From assembly GCA_040755795.1 (NCBI GenBank), contig JBFLXS010000002.1:5109-69108 (forward strand): a stretch of DNA of 64,000 nt, written 5' to 3'. The notes beneath the pieces were generated by a model, which was not told where the DNA came from, made no database searches, and saw nothing but the letters and a program-made list of their open reading frames with translations. Numbering within the stretch: position 1 is the first letter of the stretch; each line of letters opens with the position of its first letter. The position numbers and the translations under genes were made by a program. Below are positions 1 to 15,000 of this stretch, one piece after another. Origin of the DNA: a bacterium (lineage in GTDB: Bacteria > UBA9089 > CG2-30-40-21 > SBAY01).

Positions 1-1
1 T

Positions 2-3000
2 TTTGTTAAGGGGATTAATTCTAATAATAGTGATACGAGATACTTTGTGATTAATCGGGGCATAACAGTATTTAGTCCTGCGGTTGGTAGTGTAGGGACG
101 CTTGTAACTATAGAGGGTTGTGGATATACTCCATCAGAGGAGATAGTTGTTGGATTTGGAGAAAATCCTGTCATTGCTACGACTACTGTTTTAAATGATG
201 GTGTATTTGAGATCTCATTTACCGTTGATACACAACCGGTTGGTGCAAAGGTAGTTACTATAAAAGGTTCTATTACTCCAGGGACGATAACACAGTCGTT
301 CCAAATTGTAGGGAATATAACCTTAGTTAGTCCTGCGTCAGCGACAATTGGGACTATTGTTACGGTTAAAGGAGATGGATACGGAGTAACTGAGCTTATT
401 AGAATCCATTTTGGACAAACTCGCAACATTAATATTACCTATAGTGATTATAGAGGGGTTTTCATCACGACATTTACCGTTGATACGCAAACATACGGAA
501 GTAAGACAGTAATTGCGGCAAGTGGAGGTCAAGAGATTAGCAGATACTTTACAATTATTGGTAGAGTTTGGCAGGTGTCACCTACAAGTGGGAGTGTAGG
601 GACAATTATAACTATCTGGGGTGATGGATATAGTGAGAACGAGAAGATAGGAGTTTATTTTGGGAAAGGAACTTCCTCGCAATATTTCGTTGGCACAACT
701 ACGGCGGCATCTACTCTATACGGTGGAACATTCTCAACGACATTTACAATAACTACCCAACCTGTAGGAACGACAACGGTTATTGCTAAAGGTGCGGGTG
801 CTTCATATCAAGAAACCTTGAATTTTGTAGCCATAATAGGTAATATTATCCTTATTTCACCTCCACAAGGAACCGTAGGCTCACGCGTTACGGTAGCGGG
901 TAATGGATATGGAATACAGGAACGAGTATTTATTGATTTTGGCACGACTAATACTATTATGGTTACTACTACTGATAATATCGGGTCATTTACTACTTTC
1001 TTTACTATTGATACACAAATTTATGGAACGACAACGGTGGTTGCAACAGGTAAAGAATCCGGACAAATATCCACAGACCCATTTGTGATTATTCCAGAAA
1101 TTACTCTTATTTCACCAACAAAGGGTCCTGCCTGGACAATCGTTTCAGTAACCGGTAATGGTTATGGTAACTCAGAACTTGTGAGAATAAGTTTTGGGAC
1201 AACGGTGACGATTGCTCTTACTTCTTCTAATTATCGTGGTGAATTTGAGACCACATTTAGCGTGGATACGCAACTTTATTATAAGAATACTATTGTCGCT
1301 ACAGGTATCTTCACCGGGCAGGCAAGTGTTAAACAAGGAGTGTTCTTTGTTACCCCAAGAATTGTTTTAGTAACTCCTGATCGTGGTTCTGTTGGTTGTA
1401 TGCTGACAGTTATTGGTAATGGTTATTCAAGTAATGAGACAGTAAAACTATTTTTGGGTATCTTTGACTATCGCTATCAAGGGATGGGTGGGACACCTAT
1501 TAGTACTTGTGTCGCAACTAATTTTGGCACCTTCTCAACTACCTTTACAATTGATATAGAACCAGCAGGAACAAAATCTGTTACTTCACGGGGTGGGTCA
1601 TCGGCTGCAACTTCTACTTATGATATCTTTATTGTAGGTGAAATTACTTTGGTTTCTCCTTCACAAGCGACTGTGGGAACAATAATTACCGTGAGAGGTA
1701 ATGGTTTTGATGCCAGTGAGCTTATCCAGATTGATTTTGGAACATTCCTAACCATAACTACGGTGACGACAAATATCAGAGGGACTTTTACCACGACATT
1801 TACCATTGATACACAACCTGCCGGAAGCACTACTGTGCGGGCAACTGGATTAAGAATGGGGCTGGTGAGTGAAAAGACATTGTTCATTTATGGAAATATT
1901 ATTAAAGTTACACCTACTTCGGGTTCATTAGGGACTATTATCACCGTTGTCGGCGATGGATTTGGCAGGACGGAGACGATTTATATTGATTTTGGAACCA
2001 GTAGAACTGTGGGGATTGGTTTGACTAATAGTCTGGGGACATTCTCAACTACATTTACCGTAGATATTCAGCCTTATGGTCGAACAACGATTAAAGCAAC
2101 AGGCTCTGAGACGACTTTAGTCGCATTAGGGTCATTTACGATTACAGGTCGGGTAACGGTTGTTTCACCTTCACAAGGTTCGGTTGGTAGTATAGTTACT
2201 GTAGAAGGCACAGGATATGGTGTCAGTGAGTTAATTGGTATAGATTTTGGTACACATCCGACCATTACTATTACCTCATCTGATTGGAATGGTCAATTTA
2301 GAACCACATTTACTATCGATACCCAGATTGCCGCTACAAAGACGGTTGTGGCGAGAGATAAGAATACTTCCGCCGCAAACTTCTTTGCAGTTAGAGGTGA
2401 TGTAACCCGTATCTGGTATGATAGTGGTCCAGTGGGAACTGTGGTTACTGTATGGGGTAATGGTTATGGTGCGACTGAGGATATATTTGTCCAGTTTGGT
2501 ACGACACTTACTATTACTACTTCTACCTCCAATGGCATTGGTGAATTTATTGCTAATTTCACGGTTGATGAGCAGGCAGTTGCTTCTGTTACTGTAACTG
2601 TAAGAGGGATTCCTTCAGAAGAAAAGGCGATTACACACTTTCTTATCAGGCCAGGTATTTCCATGCTTGTTCCAACTGAAGGAACCGTCGGAACAATCAT
2701 TAATATAGAAGGAAAAGGATATGATCCTATAGAACCTATTCAAATCGTTTTTGGACAGACACAAACCATTACTACCACTACCACAGATGGAGTAGGAAGA
2801 TTTTTGACTACCTTTATCATTGATACCCAGGTTTATGGGACAACTTCGGTTACACCTATTGGACTTGATTCAGGCAAACAGGATACAAGATATATCTTTA
2901 TCTTCCAGGAAATTGCTGTGGTAAGTCCAGATGGGGGGACAGTAGGGACTATTGTTAGTATTGTTGGCACAGGATTTTATGCCACAGAACTTATTCAGAT

Positions 3001-6000
3001 TGATTTTGGCACGACAAAGACTATTACTAAAGTAACGACAGAACCAAATGGTAGATTCAGTACTACCTTTACTATTGATACCCAGATTGTGGGCACAACT
3101 ACTATTAAAGTTACGGGTATGACATCTCAGTTAATCTCTACACGAACATTTACGATTATTCCACAAATCCATACAGTTACATCAAATATTGGGACAGTGG
3201 GAACAATTATTACCATTTGTGGAGATGGTTATAGTCCGATTTCAAACATTCAAGTTGACTTTGGCAGACACAATACTATTACTACTGTTACCACGACCGA
3301 TGTAGGAACATTTGCAGTAACATTTACGATAAATACTCAACCTAATGGTAGCACGACCATAACGGCAACAGATGCAAAAGGTAACTTTGCCATTAATAAA
3401 TTCGATATTATCCCGGATATTATCCTTTCTACCCCAACGATTGGCACAGTGGGAACGATTGTTACATTAGAGGCAACCGGATATGGCGATTCAGAACTCG
3501 TTAGAATTACCTTTGGTGAAAATGTTACTATTCATACGACCAATGCTAATACCGAAGGGTCTTTCTCGGTTACCTTTACCATTGATACCCAACCAGCAGG
3601 CACTACGACTATTAGACTTACCGGCACAACCATTGATAGAATGGATTCAAGTCTATTTAATATCATTTCAGATATTATCATCTTTACACCTACTCAAGGA
3701 ACCGTAGGCACAATTGTTACCCTGGAAGGGACAGGTTATGGTATTACTGAACCAATCACTGTTCACTTTGGCACAACACCTACTATTGTTACCGTAGAAA
3801 CAAATAGATGGGGAACATTTACCACCACATTTACTATTGATACTCAACCTTATGGTTGGACAACTATTGTCGTTAAGGGTGAGGAGACTAAGTTGTCAAA
3901 TACAATGAATTTCTTGATTACAGAGGTAATTGAATCGATTACGCCTACACAAGGTTCTGTAGGGACAATAGTAACAATTATCGGTAATGGATTTGATGCC
4001 ACAGATAATATATATATTAAGTTTGGAACTAAAGATAATATAGCTTCTTACAAGACGGATGCAGGTGGTAGATTTACCGGCACCTTTACCATAAATACAC
4101 AGCCAGCAGGGACTACGACTATTAGAGCAACAGAATCAGATGGTCCAAAACAGGCTTATGCCTATTACTTTATTACCGGCAGGATAATTTATATTAACCC
4201 ATTAGAAGGTGTCATAGGGACAATTGTGACTGTCAAGGGTAATGGTTATGGGGCAAGTGAGGTCATTCAAATTGATTTTGGCACAACCTACACTATAACT
4301 TCAACGGTATCTAGTAACATTGGAACATTTAATGTTACCTTTACCGTTGATACCCAACCTTGTGGCACTACGACTATTAAAGCTACTGGGATGAATACCC
4401 AGGAGGTTGATACCGGGACATTTACGATTAAAGCCGGTATTGCGATTGTTTCGCCTACCTTTGGAACTGTAGGGACAGAGGTATTGGTAGAAGGTAGAGG
4501 TTATGAGGCGACAGAGCAGATAGGTATTCAATTTGGCACAAATGGAACTATTACTTATGCTACTACTAATGATAAGGGTGTCTTTGTGGGGACATTTACC
4601 GTTGATACGCAACCTTACGGGTCAACAACTATTTTAGCTACCGGCCTTACATCTGGTTTATCAGATAAGTTTATTTTCAAGATAAAAGGGAATATCATTG
4701 ACATCACTCCTGCAACTGGAACTATTGGTACTAATGTGGTAGTGAAAGGTAATGGTTTTGGGTCAAGTGAGACGATTAAATTCAAACAGGGAAGTGTTCT
4801 ATTATCTCAGATAACTAATACTTTGATAGATGGTAGTTTTGTAGGCACAATTACCATTATTACTCAGATAGAGGGCGCCAGGATAATTGAGGCAAAAGGT
4901 CTGAATACCAATGAGAGGGCTACATCTACCTTTGTTATCATTGCCAATATTACTCAAGTTACACCTACATCAGGAACTGTCGGTAGTTTTGTTACGATTA
5001 AGGGTGATGGATATGGCAATGGTGAGCGGATAGAGATTAACTTTGGGACTACGCCAACGATTATCTTTGTTAGTAGTTCAACTGCGGGAACATTCTCAAT
5101 TAAATTTACAATTGATACCCAATCTTATGGCACAACTACCATAGTAGCGGCAGGTATTGCTTCTGGTGAAAGTGCTCAAAGTGCCTTCCGAATTACTGAA
5201 GAGATAATTCTCATAACTCCTATTTCAGGGACCGTCGGAAGTATAGTTACTGTGGCAGGTAATGGCTATGGTGCTACAGAGAGAATTCAGATTGACTTTG
5301 GAAAAACAAGCAGTATTATGTTCACGACAACAGATGCCTATGGTTCATGGACAACTACCTTTACCGTTGATACGCAGGTTTATTGCAATAAGACAGTATC
5401 TGCCAGTGGACGGACTACCCCGACAAGGGATACGGTTATATTCTGTATTACGCCAAAGATTATTATTACACCTACTATTGGCACAGTAGGGATTTCGGTG
5501 ACCGTAAACGGGAATGGTTATGATGCGGTTGAATATATTGGTATTTATCAGAGAGAGACTTTAGTTCATACCTCTGGTAATCCGACTTCAAATGATGGGA
5601 CATTTACTACGGTCTTTATTATGACTAATCAGCCGATAGCAACTACGACTATAAAGGCAGTAGGACTTACAGATCCATTACAATCAGCCACAGATTTATT
5701 CTTCATCATACCTCATATCCGGCAGTATGCCCCGCTTGAAGGAACTATTGGAACAATGGTTACAATAGACGGAACAGGCTATGGAGCAAATGAATTAGTC
5801 CGAATAGATTTTGGGACGACACAATCAATTACTACTAAAGAGGCATCTGCAGACGGTCAGCTAAATGTTACCTTTACAGTTGATACCCAGCCCTATAGTA
5901 CCAAGACTATTACCGCAGAGGGAACTATTTATCACCTAAAGGATGAAGTTACCTTCAAACTAAAATCCCGTATTTGGTCAATTACCCCTGTTTCCGGGAC

Positions 6001-9000
6001 AGTAGGAACGATAGTAGAGGTAAATGGAGATGGATTTAGTGCTACAGAACTTATCCAAATTGATTTTGGTCAACATAGGACTATAACCACAGTAACCACA
6101 AATGAGATTGGGACATTTACGGTTACCTTTACGGTAGATACTCAGGTTTGTGGTGCAAAATCTGTTGTAGCCACCGGACTTAGTTCACAACAAATAGGTA
6201 CATCTACCTTTAATATTATTGCCGATATTATTCTTGTTTCACCAACTGAAGGAACGGTGGGAGCTCAAGTAGAGATACGCGGGACAGGTTATGATGCAAA
6301 CGAAGAGATAGAGGTTAGATTTGGTCAGACTGCTCCAATTTCAATTGAGCCTTTAGGCATATCCACTTCACCTGATGGGACATTTACTGCCTTCTTTAAT
6401 GTTGATACCCAGCCAGCAGGTGTAACAACCATAGTGGTTAGAGGTTATGATGGTTTACCATCGGCTGATGGAACATTTACTATCAAGGCAGTTATTACCG
6501 GTGTTGCACCGCGTAGTGGGTCTGTTGGGACAATAGTTACCATTCAAGGTGGTGGGTATCAACAAATAGAGGGAATTAGAATCGACTTTGGTTCAACGCA
6601 AACTATTGCTACGACTATGACTGATGGTAATGGTTCATTTACCGTTACCTTTACCGTCGATACCCAACCAACAGGTAGAACAACAATTACTGCCACTGGC
6701 TTAAATGGTGGAGCACCTGCTTATGATACATTCTCTATTACTGGTAATATAACTCAAGTTACTCCGAATACAGGTTCTGTTGGCACAATAGTTAGTGTTT
6801 ATGGAGATGGTTTTGGTCAGACAGAATTGATTCAGATTGACTTTGGAAAGACAATGACTATCGGGATGGTATCGACTAATGTTAATGGTACCTTTGGAAC
6901 GACATTTACCATTGATTCACAACATTGTGGAGTAAAGACAATTGTTGCTATTGGGATGATGAGTGAACAAAGAGGGACTATTACCTTCACGGTTACCCAA
7001 AGAATTACATCTATCTCACCGACAATTGGGACAGTAGGAACACAGGTAACCCTGATTGGTAATGGCTATGGTTCTCAAGAGAATTTGACTATTCGATTTG
7101 GTAATGCGACACCTATTATAAATCAAGGACCAACAAGTATAGATGGGACATGGACTATTTACTTTACAGTTGATACCCAGTATATTGGAATAAAGAATGT
7201 TACGGTGGAAGGACAAGCAACTGGAGTTTCTGATACCAGACAATTTAGAATTATACCTAATCTATATCTGGTAACACCGAATACAGGAACAGTAGGAACT
7301 CAAATTACGGTGAAAGGAAATGGTTATAACCCAACAGAATTTGTTCAGATTGATTTCGGGACATCTCTGGATATGGTAAATAATCCACAGCCAAAGACAG
7401 ATGCTGTAGGTAGTTGGACAACTACATTTATTATTAGTACCCAGCCTTATGGAGCAACTACTGTTAAAGCAACAGGTGTAGTCAGTGGAGAAAAAGCGGA
7501 TAATTTAACCTTCTTTATCTTACCAAATGTAGTTTTAGTTACACCAGCTCATGCTACGGTGGGGACTTTAATTACGGTTAGAGGTAATGGTTATGGGGCA
7601 TCCAGGACAATTCGGATAGAGTTTGGAACAACACAAACAATTCAATGGACATCTACCTATGCTGAAGGAAGTTTCACTACTACCTTTACCCTTGACACCC
7701 AACCTTATGGCAAGACAACCATTGTTGCCCATGAAGATGATATTTCTATTGAGGCTTACGGCACATTAAGTATTCAACCTAACATTGTTTCAGTTACACC
7801 TACGGAAGGAACGGTAGGGACAATAATCACTATTCGCGGAAATGGTTATGGTATAACTAAGACCTTGAGGATAGAATTTGGCACTACTAATAATATAAGA
7901 AATGTTATTAGTGATATAGAAGGAAGTTTCACGACAACATTTACGATTGATACCCAGCCGTATGGAACAACAACTATATTTGCACATCAAGATGATATTT
8001 CAATTAAGGCGACCGCAACACTGCGTATCTTACCTAATATCATCCTTATTTCGCCAAATTCAGGGACAGTAGGTCTGGTGATTACCGTTAAAGGTAATGG
8101 TTATAGTGCTACGCGAGCTATCCGAATAGAATTTGGCACGACACCTACCATTGTTATGGCATCGACCTATGCGGCAGGTATGTTTGAAACAACATTCACT
8201 ATTAATACCCAACCTTATGGTGTAACGACGATTATTGCTCATCAGGATATTACTCCACGACTTAAGGCGTATGGGACATTTGCTATTGAATCTAATATTA
8301 TCTTGATAAGTCCAAAAGAGGGGACAGTAGGAACGATAATTACGGTTGCTGGTAATGGATTTGTTGCCTCTCATACTATTAAACTTGATTTTGGTATAAC
8401 AACGACTATTCAAACAACATCGACTTATGCTCATGGCAGTTGGACGACGACATTTACCATTAATACACAACCTTATGGCATTACCACAATTAAGGCTTAT
8501 GGTAGTGAAGAGGCAGAAGGGACATTTACTATCCTGCCAAATATTATACTTGTAACTCCAGATGCGGCTACAGTGGGAACGGTAATTACTGTGGCAGGTA
8601 ATGGATTTGGTGCATCAAAGACTATCAGGATAGAATTTGGCACGACTCAGACAATTCAATTGACCTCTACCTATGCCGAAGGGAGTTTTTCAACGACATT
8701 TACTGTTGATACTCAACCTTACGGTAGGACTACGGTTACAGCCCATGATGATGACAATGTGATAGCGGCAACCAGTAGTGTTACGATTAAACCAGAAATA
8801 ATTCTGATTCAACCAGAAAAAGGCACTATCGGAACAACGGTTACCGTCAAAGGTAATGGTTATGGAGCGCACGAGATAGTCCAACTCGTGTTTGGCACCG
8901 CACCTACTCGTGATGTTGATACAACAGAAGGAGTAGGGTCATTTACATTTACCTTTACCGTAGATAGACAAACATTAGGGACAACGACTATTATTGTGAG

Positions 9001-12000
9001 GGGAATAAATACAGGTCAAAGCGTCCTTAAATATCACTTCCGTATAATTCCACATCTAACTGCGGTAATTCCAACTATTGGTTCAGTAGGGACAGTCGTT
9101 TTATTAAAGGGTGATGGTTATTTACAGAATGAGTTGGTGAGGATAGAATTTGGAACAACCAGAACTATAACTACAGTGACTGCAGATATAGATGGATTGT
9201 TTGAAACTACCTTTACTATTGATACGCAACCTTATGCTACAACTACTGTTAAGGGTGTGGTTGTTAGAACAGATGACTTCGCAGATAATCTGACTGTATT
9301 TATTACGCCTCGGATTATTCTTATTACTCCACCTGAAGGCTCAGTAGGGCAGATAATTACGGTTAGAGGTAATGGTTATCCTGCATCAAGCACTATTCGG
9401 ATAGAATTTGGCACAACACGGACAATTCATACCGTCTCGACCTATGCTGAAGGTAGCTTCACCACTACCTGGACAATAGATACCCAGCCTTATGGCACAA
9501 CAACACTTATTGCCCATGAGGATACTAATGCCATTAGTGATATAGGTAGTGTTACTATATTAGCTAACCTCTTTGCAGTTATTCCACCATCTGCACCAGT
9601 AGATACGGTAATTACTATTCGAGGTAATGGATATAGTGCAACGGAGCGTATCCAGATTGACTTTGGTTTAACAAAGAGTATCACCTTTGTTACTACTGAA
9701 TCTGTTGGTTCCTGGACGACTATCTTTACGGTTGATACCCAGAAAGTAGGAATAACCACTATTAAGGCTACGGGATTGAGTTCCGGACAGGTAGCCATTA
9801 ACTTCCTGACCATTACTCCAAGAATCTATCAAGTTACACCTGATTCAGGGACAGTAGGTTTGATAATTACCATTTCTGGTAATGGTTATGATGCCAGTCA
9901 ACTAATTCAGATTGACTTTGGCACAACACGAACAATTATGACCGTTACCGCTTCCGATGGAGGGTCGTTCACCACTACCTTTACCATTGATACTCAGCCT
10001 GCAGGTGTAACTACGATTGCGGCTCTTGGCGTAGGGTTAGCAGGACGCAGTGAGAAATACTTCACTATCCATTGCCGAATTATCCTGGTAACGCCATTAG
10101 AAGGAACCGTAGGCAGTTTTGTGACCGTGGCAGGTAATGGTTATGGTGCTAATGAAAAGGTTGATATTGTCTTTGGCACATCAGGCACTCTTACTACCAC
10201 CTCAACGGATAATATCGGTTCATTTACTACTACATTTACCATTGATACCCAGCCAGCAGGTAGGACGACGATTGCGGCAAGAGGGATGAGCACAAATGAG
10301 TTAGATAAAGCGACTTACACTATCCATAGCCGCATCATTTTGGTAACGCCGAAAGATGGGACAGTGGGTAGTTTGGTTACGGTGGCTGGTAATGGTTATG
10401 GTGCGGTTGAAGGAATAGATATTCTATTTGGGACATATGTCGGAACGATTACGGTTACCACTACGGATGCCACCGGGTCATTCACTACTACCTTTACTAT
10501 TGATACGCAACATTCAGGCACGACAAGTATTACCGCAGTAGGTAGAAGGACGGGTGAGCAGGCAGAAGATATTTACAGAATTCATGCTAATATCATATTG
10601 GTAACACCAACTTCAGGCACGGTAGGAACGATAATTACGGTAGCAGGTAATGGCTATGGTTGGTCAACCGAGACGATAACTATTCACTTTGGCACAACGG
10701 AGACTATTACCCAGGTAGTTTGTGAACAAAATGGTTCCTGGACCACTACCTGGACAATTGATACTCAACCAGCAGGTATGACTACGATTACCGCCATAGG
10801 TTATAAGACTCAAGAAATAGCACAGGCAACGATTACCATTCATGCTAATATCATTTTGATAACCCCACTTGAAGGCACAGTAGGTAGTTTGGTGACGGTG
10901 GCTGGTAATGGTTATGGTGCGATTGAAGGAATAGATATTACCTTTGGGACTTATGTGGGCACAATTGCGGTTACAACTACGGATGTAATTGGGTCATTTA
11001 CCGTAACATTTACTATTGATACGCAACATTCAGGAATAACGACGATTGGCGCCAGAGGTGTGAGAACAGATGAATATGATGATGGAACATACACTATTCA
11101 TGCACATATTATTACAGTTACTCTAACCAGTGGAACAGTAGGTAGTATTGTTACGGTTGCGGGTAATGGCTATGGTAATAGTGAACGGATAGAGGTAGTA
11201 TTTGGCACGAATAAGACCATTACGACTACTTCGACAGATGTCACCGGGTCATTTACCACAATATTCACTATTGATACACAGATTGCAGGCACAACAACCA
11301 TTAAAGCTGTGGGAATATCTACCAGTGAAACCGATGATGACATCTACCATATCCATGCTAATATTATCATAGTTTCACCTGATAGAGGAACAGTCGGAAC
11401 AATTATTACCGTAGCGGGTAATGGTTATGGTAAGCAGGAAGGAGTAAATATTGCCTTTGGAACAAATCCAACCATTGCCTGGACGACTACGGATACGATT
11501 GGTTCATGGACGACAACATTTACGGTTGATGTTCAACCTGCAGGTAGAACGACAATTGTTGCCACCGGGGTAGCTACAGCTGAAATCGCGGAGATAGGAT
11601 TTATCATTGGTTCAAAGATAACTGATGTCAGTCCGAATGTTGGGACAGTTGGATTGGTTATTGAGGTGAAAGGTTCAGGTTATATTGCCAGTGAATATAT
11701 TCGGATAGATTTTGGAACAACCAGAACGATTGTGATGACTAAAGCAGATGGGGCAGGGTACTTCTCGACCACATTCACGATTGATACTCAACCTGCGGGT
11801 AAGACAACGATTAAGGCAGAAGGATTACAACAGACTGTTGAGCCACCAATATCTACCTTTGAGATAAAGGCAAATATTATTAAGATAACATCAACTAAAG
11901 GCTCAGTAGGGAGCATAGTTACAGTTGCAGGAAATGGCTATGGTGCCAGTGAGCTAATCCAGATTGACTTTGGGACTACGCGAACTATTGTTACTATCTC

Positions 12001-15000
12001 ATCTGATACCATAGGTTCATTCACAATTAAATTCACCATTGATACGCAACCACAAGGTAGGACAACCATTATGGCAAAAGGTATCAGCACTGGCGAAGAT
12101 GCAGATGGGACATTTACGATTTATGCTAATATCATTCTGGTTACGCCACAAAAAGGTAGTGTCGGAACAATTGTTACATTAGCTGGTAACGGTTATGGGG
12201 CAAGTGAATTGATTGAAATTAACTTCGGAACCTATGCTGGAACGATTGCTACTACCAGCTCAGATAATATTGGTTCATTTACCCTGACCTTTACTATTGA
12301 TACCCAAATAGCAGGCACTACGACTATTACGGCTACGGGTAATCCATCTGGAGAGGTGGCAAAGGATAGATTTGTTATCTATGCTAATATCATCACTTCT
12401 TCACCTGACTCCGGGAGCGTAGGAACGATTGTTACCTTAGCAGGTAATGGTTATGGGGCAACCGAGCTCATTCAGGTTGACTTTGGAACAACACGAACTA
12501 TTACTACCACCACAACCGATTATTGTGGTAGTTTCTCTGTTACCTTTACAGTAGATACTCAACAAAGTGGTGTAACAACGATTAAGGCGACGGGAATTAG
12601 GACTAATGAAACAGCGGTTAGTCTGTTTAATATCGGTGTCAAGATTACCTTAGTTACACCAGAAAAAGGTAGTGTCGGGACACTTATTACTATTGCCGGT
12701 AATGGTTATGGTAGCAATGAGAGAATCTGGGTTGATTTTGGAACTACACCGACCATTATTACTAGCTCTGCAGATACCATTGGGTCATGGACAACTATCT
12801 TTACCATTGATACTCAACCTGCCGGGCTAACTACTATTAAGGCTACAGGTATAATTACGGGTAGAGTATCTTATGAGGCATTGACTATCTTCGCTCATAT
12901 TATTAAGGTTAGTCCAATTGAAGGAACAGTAGGTAGTTTTGTTACCATAGCGGGTAATGGTTATGCCGCTAGAGAATTAATTGAGGTTGTCTTTGGTTCT
13001 ACTCCAACGATTATTACCACCTCAACGGATATAACCGGGTCATTTACCGTCAGGTTCACGATTGATACTCAACCAGCAGGGACAACGACTATTGTAGCCT
13101 CAGGTGCAACGGAAAGAGACGATGATACCTACATTATTCATGCCAATATCATTACCGTTACTCCACAACAGGGTAGTGTCGGAACGAGAATCACTTTACA
13201 GGGTAATGGCTATGGGTCAAGTGAGGATGTTTATGTCCACTTTGGCACTACCTCAAGTATAACTATAGTTTCTTCAACTGTCTATGGAAGCTTTACGGTA
13301 ACCTTTACTATTGATACCCAGCCTTCAGGGCTAACGACTATCTTAGCCAGAGGCATTAACACAGCAGAAAAGGATACCGATGCACTTACAATCTTCTGCA
13401 ATATCATTACTCTCACACCGGATAAAGGCACAGTAGGAATGATTATTACTATGGCGGGTAATGGTTATGAGAAACAGCAGGGTATTACGATTGACTTTGG
13501 GACGACTCGAACTATTACTTCTACCGCAACGGATGTTATCGGTTCATGGACAACCACATTCACCATTGATACTCAACCAGCAGGATTAACTACGGTCAAG
13601 GCAACCGGTAAATTAGAGATAGATAGTCGAACAATTGATATTGAGCCAGCGATATTTAGTGTAGTCCCGTCAGCACAAACCGTGGGGACACTTGTAACGA
13701 TTAAAGGAAATGGATATGGGGCAACAGAGTTTATCCAGGTTGACTTTGGTCTTACAAGCACTATTGCGATGACCTCTACGGATATAACCGGGTTATTCGA
13801 GGCGATATTTACCATAGATATTCAGCAGGCAGGCAAGACAACTATTCGGGCAACAGGACTTAGAACAAATGAGACAGCAACAAATACATTTGAAATTACA
13901 GCAAATATTACACTTGTTACACCTACTTTTGGGACGGTGGGAACAATAATTACTATAACAGGAGAAGGGTTTGGTAACGAAGAAAGATTACGAATTGAGT
14001 TTGGAACCACGAAGAGTATTACCTTTGTTTCTACTACCCCGAGTGGAACTTTCTCGACAACATTTACGATTAATACCCAACAAGCAGGGACAACAACTAT
14101 CGTTGCCAATAGTATCCTTACTCCTGATCTAAAAGCCTACGCCTATCTTATCATCACACCAAAGATTATCTGGGTAACACCGACTATTGGCAGTGTTGGG
14201 CAAATTATTACCTTAGCCGGTAATGGTTATGGGGCAAGTGAGAGTGTTCAGATTGGCTTTGGCACTAATCCCAATATTCAACTAACCTCAACCGATATTA
14301 CCGGGTCATGGACAACTACCTTTACGGTGGATACGCAGGCAGGTGGAATAACACAAATAACAGGAACCGGGACGACTTCTGGCGTAGTAGCGGATAACCA
14401 GATAACCATTCGTGGAAGAATTATTCAGGTTTCGCCGTCAGATGGTTCTGTGGGGACGATAGTTACTGTTTTTGGTAATGGGTTTGGACAAGATGATAAC
14501 TCGATTGATATATACTTTGGATTACTCTTCGATAGATCAGATAAATATCATGCTACTTATGCGGTTTCAAGCCACTTTGGGACATTTGCGGCAATGTTTG
14601 TAGTTGATACACAACCTGCCGGTTCAAAGACAATTGAGGCACAAGGATGGATAGGACCTGAGTGGTATTTGAGAAATGATATCGCATCATTCTTTATTAC
14701 CTCAAATATTATTCAAGTTACCCCTGCCAGTGGCATAGGAGGGACAATAGTTACGGTAGCTGGAAATGGTTATGGTGAATTAGATGATATCAGGATAAGT
14801 TTTGGAACAAATGTTACTATTGCGGTTGGTTCTACAAGTATGAATGGGACATTTAGTCTGACCTTTACCGTTGATGTTCAACCAACAGGGGTAAAGACTA
14901 TTGTAGCACAAGGATTGACCTTTATTCCGACTCAAAAGTCAGAGGCTACATTTACGGTCCTCGCTAAGATTGGATATGTATCACCTACTACTGGTTCAGT

